Shown: positions 13,250 to 27,545 of the stretch, one piece after another | How positions within the stretch are numbered: the stretch's first letter is position 1 | Layout: each line of letters begins with the position of its first letter | From: the human T2T-CHM13v2.0 reference genome, Homo sapiens | DNA: 64,000 bases | Direction: 5' to 3' (one strand) | NCBI RefSeq assembly: GCF_009914755.1 | Contig: NC_060929.1 | Position numbers and translations under genes: made by a program | The notes under the pieces: generated by a model | What the model saw: the letters and a program-made list of their open reading frames with translations, nothing else | The model's database searches: none | Told to the model about the DNA's origin: nothing

Positions 13250-14850
13250 CGGCACCCATGGAAAGCTACTTGTTTGGACCACATTGTCCTGTAAGCTGAG
13301 ACACGGTAAGCAGCAGAGGGTTTAAGTGAACTGTGGGAATCTGAAGGGGCACATCAAAATTGTGAAAATATACAATCAGATGTACATTCACAACACAGAT
13401 CCAATTGTTTATTCACATTATAACCATCCTCCATGGAACAACATAGGGTCACTACTGGATATACCCACTCTTTCCTAAGAGAACACATATACATCCAATC
13501 AATAAAGAGTGCCTTTCCAGGTAGCTGTTAAGTCACAATTCCCTGGAAACCCTAAGATTATAGGAAAACAAAAGTACAGTCTCTGCTGCCTCAGCCTTTC
13601 CAAGGCTGTATTAAATATTCATCTCTCTCATCCACCAAAACCATTCAAATGTCCCTTACCTTTTGTCAATACTTTGGCTGGTTTACTTTGCCTAGTGGGG
13701 AGACCAAAGTCTTCAATGACTAAATAGTCTGAACTCCTAATATTCCTTCCATTTTTGGTATTTTAATTCTTCTAAGTGCCCAGTGACATTAATTATTTGA
13801 TAGGGAACACTAAACACACCTAAGTAAATGTCCTCAACTTCAGAATACTTCTTGTTTTCATTGTGTGGTAAAAACCTTAGTTATTCTTGGTAATGAGGAT
13901 TGATTATTTTAACTAGAAAATGACTTTCTTTTCTTTGCCTGCTTGTCCACCATCATGAAAAGCCAAAGTATCCAAGTGTTGTACTTCTTCAAGATCAATA
14001 AATCGCTTACTCTGTCCTCTTATGTAGCTGTCCTTCCCTGCCATGAACCAGTATCGATAAACCTGCAGATCCCAAGTTCTTAAAAATGGGAAGTCAAAAT
14101 TCTATAAATGGATAACTGAGTTCAACAGTGAGCTAAGCTAATAATTACTACCTACTCTCTTTGGTGTATAGAGCCATCTAGAATAGCTATTGGAGACACA
14201 ATGCAATATAGTGGTTTTAAGTTCAATACATCTATCTCATTCTAGAAGACAGCACAAAGCTCAAACTCTTCTTCCTCCCTAAGGCTTCATCTCTCTGGCT
14301 AGATGTTTCCAAATTATAATATATAGAAAATGAATTCTACCATCAGGAGTCTATTATTACTTCTCCTTTGACATAAAGTGTCTCTTTCTTTCTGAGAAAA
14401 TGCTGTGGCATATTCTGTTGATAGGTAAGGCATTTTGTAAGACATCAGTATACCGTATATTGATTCCAGTTAGGAAGAAATACTATCATATTCACAGAGG
14501 TGCCAAACTAAAGCCTCGATATTTGTCTCAGTTTCAGTTTGGTTGGTCACTGAGCAGTAGCAATAGGTGCAGAGCTACTTTATCATCAGCTCATTGCACA
14601 GGCACAGGTATAGGCTGGCTGGCTGGTACTTCCTGCTTGTTGAGTGTGAACTCCTCACTGAATACTTCCTGATGGGCATTGGTTGAAGCCATAAAGATCG
14701 TTACTTATGTATACTTCAACAGCTCTATTTATATAACTTTTCCCGAGAACTCCTGGCTTAGCTAATCAGTCTTGATGAGGGAGTCCTACGTAGCTTACTC
14801 ACTCTATCTTTTGGCCTCTTGGAATTTTCAGAAGTAATATTTTGGGGGTT
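13250..14850 (-). mobile_element. Degenerate ERVL/MaLR-type internal remnant including a dUTPase-like segment
   Basis: Minus strand near 13880-13980 reads ggatactttggcttttcatg...caagcaggcaaagaaaagaaagtc...ataatcaatcctcattaccaa, similar to the ERVL dUTPase region GHFGLLM..QQAKKGV..GVIDPDYQ. Confidence 0.5.
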
Positions 14851-15870
14851 TTTGTTTGTTTGTTTTTGGGTTTGTCACTAGATGGCAATCACAAATGCAC
14901 TTCTGTCATGTCATAAACCAGGGACATTTGGGTGATTTGAGGATACATAATATATTCTATAACAAACTATGTGCAATAAAATTAACATTTGAAAATTATC
15001 TCATTTAAGGTCATGAAATGAGCTACCAAAAAGCCCAACATCATGTACATCATCACAACTCAACTAATTCTCAGCACAGACAGTTTTCTTGTAATTTTGC
15101 ACTGCCCCAAAAAATCCTAAAGTCTCAATTAAAATAAACTTTAACACCATGTTGATATACAGGTTCAAGTTGAATTAACTTTATAAGTTTTGAATCACTA
15201 AAACCTAATTCTATGTTTGAGGCTTGTTGAACATGTTTGAATACTTAACATACTCTCAACTAATTTCTTTCTGGCTTTTAGTCACTAATTAGTAAAGAAA
15301 ATGTTTACATTTTTACAATCAGTAAAGGAATTGTTGACATTTAATTTTGATTATAATGTCACCATATATAGTAGGTAAAATTTTTTCTAGTTTCTTCAAT
15401 CCACTGGAGTAATATTATGCTTTAATTATGGCTTCATGCTGAGCAGAACTTAATTCCTAGCCCTCAAAATGTAGATTATTTCCAAACACCATTTTTATAC
15501 ATATTTTTTAAATGAAAAACAAAAAAAAAACAGACATGTGAGTTCAATGGTTTCTTAAAAAACGTCTTTTTGGGAAAGATGTAATTGACTAAAATGTAAT
15601 CCATGAATTTTAATAGGTTTATGGAATGGATCTTAGCCTTCAACTCAACCACAAATAATATGCTATGTCTGCAGCATAAACTCACAATCATTAGACAATA
15701 TTGGCAGTTTATAACAAAGAGTGGGGAAAGAAGGGCCTATATAAATCCATACATAGGATCAATAAAGATAAAGCCACCTAATTTGTATTTTGAACTGATA
15801 CTTATAAGACGTTTTGAGTAATAAAATGTACTGTAGTATGTGTATATCTATATAGATATAGATATAGATA

Positions 15871-16241
15871 GATACGGTTTGTCTCTGTGTCCCCACCCAA
15901 ATCTCATCTCAAATTGTAATCCCCAGGTTCAAGGGAGGGACCTTGGTGGGAGGCGATTGGATCATGGGGATGGTCTTCCCCCCGTGCTGTTCTTGTGATA
16001 GTGAGTGAGTTCTCATGAGAGCTGATGGTTTTAAAAGTTTCTGGCAGTTTCTCCTTCACTCTCACTCTCTCCTGCTGCCTTGTGAAGACATGCTTTGCTT
16101 CCCCCTCGACTTCTGGCATGATTGTAAGTTTCCTGAGGCATCCACAGCCATGTGGATCTGTGAGTCAATTAAACCTCTTTCCTTTGTAAATTACCAAGTC
16201 TTAGGTAGTATCTTTATAGCAGTGTGAAAAAGGACTATCAC
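15871..16241 (+). mobile_element. MSTA/THE1D-type MaLR solo LTR
   Basis: gatacggtttgtctctgtgtccccacccaaatctcatctcaaattgtaatcccc...gtgagtcaattaaacctctttcc. Confidence 0.9.
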
Positions 16242-17550
16242 ATATATATTCTATATTTTTATATTCATCAAAGTATAAAAATATTATCTAATTAATAACA
16301 TTATGAACATAAAAATTCATTACAACATAAACTTTAGCACATACAGAACTACCTTTAGCTTACTAAGTTTATTTATTTCACATAGATAAAATGTATAAGT
16401 ATCTTTCTTATAGATAAGATGATACCAAAGAAGTAAGAAACAAGTAATGTAACTTTGATAAAAAGTAACTTTAAAGAAAAGTAAATTAATGTAATTTCAA
16501 AATCCACAAGAACATTTATATTCATTTTAAATAATTCTATAATTCAGAGTTATTACATAAATGCTAAAACTAAAATCTCTGATGGGTTAAAATTAACATT
16601 TTTTGGTTATGCATCTATTTTTCTGTCATAGTACCTCAGAAAGTTGAGTGACTTGAGTTCAATCAGTATAGAAATGTGCATAAGTCTTTCTAAGGAAATA
16701 AAATTGATATTAATTTATGGCATCTCAAAAGAGCGACTGCACAAAATCATAATGAACCTAGAAATACTGCTGATCCAAAATGATAGATTATAATATATCT
16801 AGCTGACAGTGCAGAAACCAGGTCATCAGGAATAAATATATTATAAGGAGAACCTTGAACAGCTTAATAAAATCCTGTAAATCACAGTCTCAACACGATC
16901 TACCCTGTCAGCAGCAGCAGAGATAGACACATTGGTAAATGTGATCAAGCTTAAATTCTTACAAGAAACATGTTGAAAAAGATTAAAACCCATGGTACTG
17001 AGATTTCCTTTTGAAAATTTTAGAGCCAAAGTTATATATGGAAATAATTATTTATCTTTACAGAATATGTAAATGTTGACACTAAGATGTTATTTACAAA
17101 ATTTTTGCATCAGAATTTCTAAATGTATGTGTATGCAATCTGTGAATAACTTATCTATTTATTCACATATGACTCTGTAAGATGTTTTGTGATGAGTTTG
17201 GGTGCCCAGGGATTGTGAGTCTGAAACAGTGTTGCCCTGAGAAGAGAACTGCATACCATCTGCACATTTGTTGAATAAATGCTTGAATCAATAACTTAAT
17301 AAATTAATATATAAAAGCAGAAAATATTTTGCAGAGAATTTTTCAGATCTAATTTTTTAAATCACATGTTATTCAGAAACTTCAAATAACATACATAATT
17401 ATCAGTTTTGTTTCCATTTTCCCTACTTTTAAAACTACCTTTTTACATGAGTTCCTCAGGGATCCTCCAGAATAAAGAAGACACTCAGGTACCCTCATCC
17501 CTTTTATAATCAGAGAATCTTTACTTTTTTTCTTTTTTCTTTTTCATCCA

Positions 17551-17627
17551 TCCTCCCTCCCTCCCTTCCTCCCTCCCTCCCTCCCTCCTTCCTTCCTTCC
17601 TTCCTTCCTTCCCTCCTTCCTTCCTTC
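17551..17627. repeat. (CCCT)n/(CCTT)n microsatellite at the tail of the AluJ
   Basis: Seen directly. Confidence 0.9.
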
Positions 17628-17911
17628 TTTTATTGACAAAGTCTTGTTGTATCACCCAGGCTGGAGTACTGTTGTGGTCACAGCTCACCGCCTCCTCAAA
17701 CTCCTGGGCCCAAGAGATTGTCCTACCTTAGCCTCCAGAGTAGCTGGGACCATAGGTGCATGCCAGCAAGACTGGCTAATTTTATTCTATATTTTGTAGA
17801 GACAGGATCAGACGTGGCTCAGAACGGTCTTAAACTCCTGGACTCAATTGATCCTTCCACCTCAGCCTCCCAAAGTGCTGGGAAAAAAGGCATAAGCCAC
17901 TGCACCTGGCC
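17628..17911 (-). mobile_element. AluJ (old, diverged)
   Basis: Reverse Alu with J-type features (cacagctcac, aaactcctgggc, aaactcctggactcaa). Confidence 0.85.
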
Positions 17912-18099
17912 CCATCTTCACTTTTATCTAATTTAGATGTGGGCTTTCAAAATATTCCATTAACAGAATGTTTTCCCTACTTAAAGACTTCCTATTGAAT
18001 TTTGAATTTTCTGTCACCATATATATAATCAATTATTTATTTGTTTATTACTTCTCTATTCTAAACTTCCCTTAATATTGATGATGACATATAATATTT

Positions 18100-19500
18100 G
18101 TCATCTTTTCTCTTGGAAACTTCAGTAGGTCATTTTAAAAATATTTACTTTTTGCAACTCTCTGACATAACATAAGCTATCATTTGCAATGTTCAATTTA
18201 TTCACGTGGTGTTTATATGTTTAGCATTCTTTTTTTTTTAAACCCAGGCATAAGCATTTCAAACTATTTTCTTAACTTCCAGACATAATTCACATACTTC
18301 CCCTTCTTTCTTACTTACAGTAAGAAGAAACGTTTTTCTTATTAAACATTTCAGATAAAATTTACATTACATTCCTAGCTCTCCTCGCTGTATACTTGGA
18401 TGAATTTCAGCTTTAAAAAAATCATATTTTGTTACTAAATGAAGATAAATATGCCCATCTCAGGCCAATGACTCCACATTCATCATAAATGTTAGGGTTC
18501 TTCAGATTTTGGTCGTTTTTCCCTATATCTTTTCAAGTTGTATGTCATCCCAGGCGTTCTTATCCAAATCATTTTTGTTTTGCCACTTCCTATAGGTTGA
18601 TAAAATGCACTGCATTTCTTTCCAATTCCTTTTAGTTTTTTCTGAATTCTAGGACCACATACAATTGCCTAATTAATCTCAATTTGGATGTCTTGTGTAC
18701 ATAAAAATATCAGCATGTCTAAAAGTTAACTCATCATTTTTCATGTAAATATGAACTTCTTTCCACTTTCAATGCCTGTGTGAACTTAGTATTTATCAAT
18801 CTGTTACTTTTCGTTTCTTCCAGATGTGAACTGGCTAAGCAGTTTTCACTTTGTAAACAAGAACGACCACAAATTCCTGACATAGCCTTGAATTTTTTTG
18901 AATGTCCAATCTATTTTCAAAATTCTAAAAACTAGTTTTTCTAGGTCACAAAAACTTCCTGGGTTTAACATGCTTTCCTAAAGAAAATTCAATTTTCTAG
19001 GGTAGGTTTGATTTTCCTGGATTCACTCTAGAAGGCTCCCTCTCTCATTTAGGTAATCGGTCTCAAAATTCTACACAACTATATAATTTCATCAAGTGTT
19101 CCCACCACATGAAATGCAGTTAATAAATGTTCTCCTAGTGCCATATTTTCTTATGCCTCTTAATCTCTGAAAATAGCACACCTACTTTCTGTCATTGCTT
19201 TATCCTTATCCAAAATAAAACTCCCCTCTGGGAAGTAGTTTCTAAATGCTCTCTTTCCTACGGCTATTTTAATGCCTACTCTAATTTTATATACACATAC
19301 ATATTTACACACACATATACACACACACATATATATACATATATGTATATATAAATTATAATGTCTATCTCACTGTATTGTAACTGGTATTCACTTGTTT
19401 CCTCTGCCAGTACCTAGAGGCTGGATAATGTGGGTTTGATTCCTGGGCTCAAGGCTTGTGACATATCAGACTCCTAATAAATGAGCTTAACAACTGAATG
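18100..19500 (+). mobile_element. Degenerate L2 fragment(s)
   Basis: 'caattgcctaattaatctcaatttggatgtc...cagcatgtctaaaagttaactcatc' and a terminal ctaataaatgag...ctgaatg resemble the L2 3' region. Confidence 0.45.
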
Positions 19501-20496
19501 TATAAATTGCTAATATGTAATATAATTGTTAATATCCCATCCCTTTCCAGGAGCTTTTTCCTGTATTTGCCCTTTCTCTCTGCTGCCTCTTTATTATTTC
19601 CCTTTCCACAAAATCATTATCATAGAAACAATATAGACTATTGAGGTGAATGGGTAAAACTGGTAGCCCAGCACTTAGAATCAAGTTTTATCTTCTTCTG
19701 GCATAAATTGCAGAACTAAGTCAGGTAGCTCCTACCAATTAGCTGCATCTTGTGAGATTTGGAAACAGCTCTAGTGATGTCTTCTTGCTGTTTCAGCTGT
19801 TGCTGCCAGGCAAGCAAAGTCATAGAGTAATTGCAGATTTTGACAGCAGAGTTTCATATATGTCATTAGCTCAGTGAGTGTAACGATTCAATGGAGAGGT
19901 GATGACAGTGGCTGAATACCACTTTCCTGAGGCTGAAGCTGACTTCATTGCTGGCAAGTAGTGAATGCAACATTGGTGGTGGCTTCTTGATCCTTGAATA
20001 CCAGCTACCTGGCAGGCAATAGTTCCAATGAAGGATGCACGGTTCCCTGTATCGACTATGGGGCTGTCCAGAAAGAAAATTCACCCCCATATGTTTCAAA
20101 TTATCAACCTTTAATGGATTACTTACAGAAGTGTGGTCAGTAGTGGAACACAAAAGGAATGTTCATGCCCTTGTGAAATCCTCTCTCCTTGAGTATGGGC
20201 AAGACCTAGTGACTATCTTCAAATGATTAGAATATGGCAAAAGTGATGAGATATTATTTATAAGGTTAGTTTATTAAAAATGTGACTTCCATATTGCTGG
20301 CACTCTCTCTCATGCGAGAATTCTCTCTCTGGCTCTCCTTGAGTATTTGCTCTGATGAAACAAGCTAGGGAGGTCCATGTGATCAGGAAGTGAAGGTGGA
20401 CTCTGGCTAACAGTAAGGAACAGAGCCCCTTAGTCCAAATGTCTTGAGGAACTGAATGCTGAATTACAAGAATGAGCTTAGAAGTGGATACTTCCT

Positions 20497-20795
<299 letters not shown>

Positions 20796-20840
20796 AGGTG
20801 GATCCTTCCTTAGTTAAGTCTTCAGAAGAGACTAAAGCCC

Positions 20841-20909
20841 TGCTCTTGCTTCTCTAGTTCTTTTAATTGCGATGTTAGGGTGTTGATTTCAGATTTTTCC
20901 TGCTTTCTC
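20841..20909 (-). mobile_element. 69-bp internal L1PA ORF2 fragment, no tail or TSD
   Basis: Reverse complement aligns without gaps to the in-window L1 ORF2 at 32304-32372 ([23 protein letters not shown]). Confidence 0.85.
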
Positions 20910-21101
20910 ACTGACATTTGGATTGTAGCCTATGAAAGACCCTGAAAGGAAGGAACCAGTTAATCCATGATGGGATTCTTCACTCTCAAAAACATTTAGG
21001 TACTAAATGTTGTCTTAATCCACAAAATTTTGCAGTATTCATTACACAGAAAAGAAATTAGAGTATTATATCCTCTTCATACAAGAAACACTCAGTAAAT
21101 A

Positions 21102-21175
21102 TTAGGATAACCATATAAAATTGCCACCTTTGTCAGTCAAAAATCAGTGTTCATTTATATATAAAGTTTAATCCA
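21102..21175 (+). mobile_element. MADE2-like mariner-derived MITE
   Basis: ttaggataaccatataaaattgccacctttgtcagtcaaaaat resembles MADE2; flanked by TA on both sides and splits an L2-like end ctcagtaaa|ta|tttgttgaatg. Confidence 0.55.
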
Positions 21176-21317
21176 TATTTGTTGAATGGAGTAATAAGGA
21201 TCTTGCAGGAATATAAATAAGGACAAAAATATTAAAAATGTTTACTGTATTTAAGTAGTTTAAAGTAGTGAAGATAGAACCAGTATAATTTGTCTTTTTC
21301 TTTTTAAGTGAGTCCAG

Positions 21318-21629
<312 letters not shown>

Positions 21630-21639
21630 GTGAGTCCAG

Positions 21640-21800
21640 GAAGCGCTGTTTTGAATTGTCACTTTGCCACTTTCTTACAAAGAGATATTTGCTGGAAAAG
21701 TTGGCTCTCAAAAATTTGTTTTCCTTTTCCTTTCTTACATCTTAAGAAAAATTGAATAGTTCTAATTATTTTAGAGAATTGTTGTGATAAAATGATAAAA
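21640..21800 (+). mobile_element. Degenerate MIR-like fragment
   Basis: ttttgaattgtcactttgccactttct...ttttagagaattgttgtgataaaatgataa loosely follows the MIR core. Confidence 0.35.
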
Positions 21801-23028
21801 ACTAGAGAGCTTATCTAGCTGTCTGCCTAACAGTGATTTTCAGCAAGTGCTTCTTCCCTTCCCAAGGAAAAATATTACTAATTTTACTAAGTATTATAGA
21901 TATTTGCAGATTTTCCCATATTTTCTGGAAGCTGAATAAAAAAAGCAAACAAAATTGTTGGTATAGATACATTTAAAATATATATAAATGATCTTTTAAT
22001 ACAATATAGTTTTTTACATTAGTTATTTATAATTTTATTTGAAGTCATTTATGTTTGTATCATCAAGACTATACCGTTAAGGAGTTGTTTAATCAATCAA
22101 TTAGATTTACGGTAAGTATTCCCAGATGGAATCATATTTCAAGGAAAATGATAACCTTAGCTTTGAATAAAAGCCAGATATTTAGGTTAAGAACTAGACC
22201 TTTCAGTAACAGCTTCTATGAAATATTAAAAAGGTAGAAGACATTTGTCTTAAATGTCAAGTACGAGATGTACATTTTAGAAACAAATCTTGGTGATTTA
22301 TAGCTTTTTTTCTATTTTTTATTAACGCAGATATATTAGTAGTTTAAACTTTTACAAGTAATAAAGGAAAATGCTGGAATAAGAGAGAAAATTACTTTAA
22401 ATGTTTTTAAGAATGCTACTGGAGACATTTTAATAATAGCTATCCAAGTGGAAACTGAAAAATAAAAATTTAGGAAATATTTCCTTATGTTTGGAGAACA
22501 TAGGAAGTGTGTCTGTATAATATATATGTAAGGTCTCATTTAATGAAGACGAATAAACACATAAATTAACTGGAAATGATTTCAACTAATATTGACAACT
22601 TTTGTTTAAACAATTGATTTTCCATAACAAATATTTAAGTGTTTTACATATTAAAATATATGTCCAACTTATTTTATTCAATTTAGTTGATTCCAGATAC
22701 ATCTTTTTTCAGTAGACATATAGATAATTAAAATATATAGAGTTGTGGTTTTAAATAGATAAGCAATACAAATTATTGCCTGAATTCAATTCAGTTATAA
22801 ATGAAAACCTCTATTCATGGAATTGAAGTGCATTTTGTTATTCATAAACTAAATATATTAGTGTGGTATGAACACAGGAGATGTATCAAGAATGAAAACA
22901 AAATAAGATTAAGACATGTTTGTGGAAAAGTGAATCTTAGAATACTAGAAAATATTAATATTATGGACTTATATACAATTGTCATTTTCTTCATTTAATT
23001 ATAAAAAATATAAGGCTGGTGATAAAGT

Positions 23029-23118
23029 TTATATATTTATAAGAAAGAAGTTATATATTTATAAGAAAGAAGGAAGAAAGAAAGAAAAAGAGAGAGGGAG
23101 GAAGAAAGAAAGAAAGAA
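23029..23118. repeat. 22-bp tandem duplication followed by a GAAA-rich tract
   Basis: ttatatatttataagaaagaag at 23029-23050 and 23051-23072. Confidence 0.85.
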
Positions 23119-23959
23119 TTTACTATTAAATATCCCACTGTTATGTTTATAAATTCTTGCACAGCCAAAAGCTGGTACATTTGCTGATCATCCATGACAA
23201 AATGTTGGAAGAAAAAGACATGAAACATGAGTTACAAATGTCAATATTTGGGGATGAGAGTTATCAACTGTCTTCATAAGAAATCTGTGGAATCCTAACA
23301 TTCCTAACCTTAAGATATAAAACAAAAGTTAAATAAATTTTTTTCATTTAATTTTTGTGTACCAGTCACCTATGTTAATTTAAAAAAATCACTGCTATAA
23401 AATGCACATTCTGCAACACTTCGAATGGTATACTTCTCAACATACTCTAGATAAAAACATTGAAATAATAATACAAGACCTTAACAAAAATCTCCTTTTT
23501 ATTTTATTTTTATTTGTTTATTTTTTGCTGGGAAATGGTAGAGGCTAGAGACATATATAAATATTCCTTAAATTAAATAAATGCAGTTTATAAAACAACA
23601 AGTTATATTTCTGGTCAACTGTAGGACTGTGCCTATTCTTTAAAATAAGTACTAATTAATCTTTCTCTTTGTTTTTCAACTTCTTCGCTTATTACAGATT
23701 GTATTTATTTTCCCCAATTATTTGCTTCTTCCTTTTGGGAAGCATGATTATACACATTGATCTATTGTCATATGAGGAGTTGGACAACTCCTTCTTTCTT
23801 TCTTTCTTTCTTTCTCTTTCTTTTTCTTTCCTTTCTTCACTTCTTTTTGTCTTTCCTTTCTTTTTTTTCCCATTCTTTGTTTTCCTCTCATATAAACCCA
23901 GAAACAATAACTCTATACTGCTGTTAGTACCACCTTATTAACCTAATATATCAAAGGGG

Positions 23960-24005
23960 TAGACATTGTATCTATATAGAAATTTCTATATAGATACAAT
24001 GTCTA
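23960..24005. repeat. Perfect 46-bp palindrome with no spacer
   Basis: tagacattgtatctatatagaaa|tttctatatagatacaatgtcta equals its own reverse complement. Confidence 0.97.
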
Positions 24006-24454
24006 TATGATGCTTCTGTGATCAATTATTAAATTAATGTCAGAGATCACACAGTTAGAAATTAATTTTTAATAGGAAGGCTTATGTTTTATAAAAAAAG
24101 ATCTACAATTATTCTTCTTAGAAAACATTGGCTTTTAAACAATTTTTGTTAAGTTCAGCAGAAAATTTAAAAATAAAATACTAATTTGTAAGCAACCAAA
24201 TTTTAATCTTCAAAATAATGTTTTTGAACTTGCTCACAATTTTATGGGAAGAATTACATATATGTGTATGTAACAATATATATGTATGTAATATATATGT
24301 AATTCTATATATATATATATATGAGAGAAAAAGAGAAAGGAGAAAAAGAAGAAAAAAGAAAGTAAAGAAAGAAAGAAGTGTATAAATTTTAAAAAATCAC
24401 ACACTAGGTATTTTAAATCACCTTCTTTAAGAATATATATTAGTGATTCAACAA

Positions 24455-25284
24455 CGTGGTGGCCCATGAAAATGCTCCACTCATATCTCTTGCTGTGAGG
24501 CCACACTTCTGGAACTGTCACCATATTTGCATTAAGAACATGATTTCCAGACCGAGCCTGTAGTCTTGGTACTAAGTGTGGTAGTCATTGTACAGTTGAG
24601 CCTGACATGGTACATGCACCCCTGACTCTAAAAAGCACAGCTTGGGACTTCCCATGGACTTCGATAAAACTTCCTCAGATCTAAATTACAGTCTAAGATA
24701 CTTCCTTTCCAATTTTTTTCTTTCTATGCTTCATTTTGCACGTTTCTTCTCTTCATTAATCTCTGATGCCTCTCCTTGTGTACTTCTCCTTAATCTTTTG
24801 CAGGTATCTTCCTGTGATGATGAATTTTATATGTGAACGTAATTGGTCTAAGAGATGCCCAGATAGTGGTAAAACAGTATTCTGGGTATGTCTATGAGGG
24901 CATTGTTGGAAGAGATTAGCATTTGAATTGGTGGACTAAGTTAAGAAAATGACTCTCTCCAATGTGGGTAGTAATCATCCAATCCATTGAAAGACTAAGT
25001 AGAACTAACAGGCTGAGGAAGGACAAATAATTTGTTCTCTGTGCTTAAACTTGGACATCTATATTCCCCTCTACAGAGGCAACTTTGACGTTGCCTCTCT
25101 TGGTTCTTAGGCCTTCAGACTTGGACTGGGACTTTCTCCATTGGCTCCCCTGATTCTGAAGCTTTGGGGTTTCTACTGGAACCACAGCATCAGCCCTTCT
25201 GGGCTTCTGGCTTGACAATGGTAGATCGTAAGACTTCTCAGCCTCCATAATCATGTGAGCCAATCCCTCGTAATACATTTCTCT

Positions 25285-25339
<55 letters not shown>

Positions 25340-25430
25340 TGTGTGTATCTGTTTCTCTGGAGAACCTTTACTAATACATTTCCTCAGTAAAATCCTTTCA
25401 CACCAAATCCCCTTCAGAGGACCTCAGCTG
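24455..25430 (+). mobile_element. LTR16-like 5' LTR (ERVL), split by an MLT2 LTR
   Basis: Starts cgtggtggcccatgaaaatgctccactcatatctc, similar to 39778 tgtggtggccataaaatgtactgctcagatttc; resumes after 25383. Confidence 0.55.
24813..25378 (+). mobile_element. MLT2D-like solo LTR with internal (TC)n(TG)n microsatellite
   Basis: tgtgatgatgaattttatatgtgaac...gatgcccagatag...tctggagaacctttactaataca; TSD cttcc/tttcc. Confidence 0.85.
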
Positions 25431-27545
25431 GCTCAAGTACCAGTAGAGGCTCAAGAAAAAGACAATAGGACAGGACTTAGGGATTGGATTACTTATCACC
25501 TGGCAGGTATATGCTATCTTGTGTGGTAGGTGGGACATAGATTGTCCCCAGAGCAAGATGGGGGGGTCCAATTGCTTATGCTTTCACCTGTAGTGACCAG
25601 AGAAAATGCTCCAGTAAGGGTCTGCCATTGAGGTTGCAATGATTCAGGATTTTTAAAGATTTGGGAGATCAATGCCTTCAAGGAATGATGAGCTGAATTT
25701 TTTGTTAGATGTATTGATGCTCTGCAGAGAGATAATGAGAAAGTAGGGCCATTGTTATAACTTCTGAGAACCTCGGATATGGGAAGGGACATCTAGACTG
25801 GATATCTAGATAGATGCGATGAAAGCACCTGTCTCTGCTGAATATCTTGAACCTTAAGAGTTTGTGGGGATCATGATTTTCCACCCAACCCTAGTGAGAG
25901 CTAGGGCTTTGTCAGGCTCTTGGTGTAGAGGCCTCTCTCATCAGGGCAAATGTGATCACTTCCCTGCCTCAAGACCTTGATAACTAGCATTAGATTTCAA
26001 CACAATCCAGGTGGGAATGTGCTAGGCCTGATTAGAAAGGAGAGAGACCACTCAGTAAAGAAACTATAATGATTAGCTAGCAGTCCCGGCAAGAGTAAGG
26101 AGAGAAGCCCAGGGATGGCATTTTAAGAGTACTTGATTTATATAGCTTAAAATGTAATATTTAATAAGTAAAAACGTGTCTCAGGACATGAGGATTTAAT
26201 GTTCAGGAAGGGACTCCAGGGAATAGGACAAGCTCACTGCTCTAAAAGAGTGACGAAAATAAAGCTACATGCTGAGCAACACGCACGTGGCCGAATTGTC
26301 ATGGCAGAATACAGAGGCTGAAGGAAGAGGAAATGCGGGTTGAAATAATTACATGAGTGTGGGAGAATTAGGAGAGTGTAGATAATGTTTCAAAGGAAAA
26401 CTCAGAGTGTATACACTCTTCACCTAGGGTATCAAGGAGGACACCAGCATCACTAAAAGTTCAGTGGTGACTCTTCTATGTATGACTGGAGTCAACGGTA
26501 GGAAAGGCAGTAACAATGCTGAAATTATTAATATCTGTAGGGATTTTGGGCTCCAAAATAATAGAAGTGAGGGGGAAATTATCACACAGTAGAAGTCCTG
26601 AGGGCACAACTATGTAACAAATGCCAAGGTCAGAAAGATAGCTAAGGTGCATGACCCTGTCACAGATAGTGGTAGAAATGGTTAATTGAGTATGCTGTTC
26701 CTAGGGGCAAAAGATATAGGCAACAAAGTACCAATTACTATCTACGATAAGAAAATGGCAGAAATAGAGGAGCAGGAAGATGAAGGTGGTCACTTCAATA
26801 AAAATTCATGATTCCTTGCTCAGTTCCCAGAATTGTGTCAATTATCAGAAATAAAGCCTATTTACTGGTGACAGCCAGATAGCTAGGAAGAAGGGTTTTC
26901 ACAAGACCACAATAAGTATATTTTCCTTCAGTTCTTCTCCTATGGGACCTATGGTCATTTATTCAGGCAACTGCAAATTGAACAAAGAGGCATAAGCAAA
27001 CATTTTCATCATTTTTGGAAACAGATATTCCCAGAAGCCCAATGTGCTTTCATAGCTTATGGGGCCAGGTAATAAATGGAACCCTGGCTTAAGCCTTACT
27101 TACAATATGCACATTGGGCCTTTGGATCCCCAGAGGTCAATTCCCCAGTTCTCCAGTGTATAATTGGAATTTATATATTGTGAGTTGAAGTAACTCTTGG
27201 ATAGAATCCTTGACCTGTAGGTTAAGAGCTATTATAGTGGGGAATGCCAAATGGAAACTTCTCAAAGTCTTCCCTTACCTAGCCAAGATAGAGTATCAAA
27301 ATTTTATTTCATCTCAGAGGATATAGCAAAGATTAGTGGTGCCATTAAAGGCCTAAATAATTTGGAAATTTTTGTGCCTCTCATATTTTCATTTCATTGG
27401 TCAATCTGGCCCCTTTAAAACTGGCACGTTCCTGTAGCATGCATATAGAATGCCACAAGCTCAACTAAATTGTAATCTGATCAGAGTCTATGTTTCAGAT
27501 GTGGTGTCATTTCCAGAATCATTAAGATGGCCTCATGCCTATGTT
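25431..27545 (+). mobile_element. HERV16/ERVL-like internal region (decayed gag-pro to start of pol)
   Basis: ERVL-like decayed motifs (gcttatggggccaggtaataaatgga; ccccagttctccagtgtataattggaat; agagctattatagtggggaatgccaaatggaaac); no ORF. Confidence 0.6.

Noticed and set aside
15843-15872. Short tatctatatagata palindrome
   Set aside because: Expected within TA/GATA low-complexity sequence.
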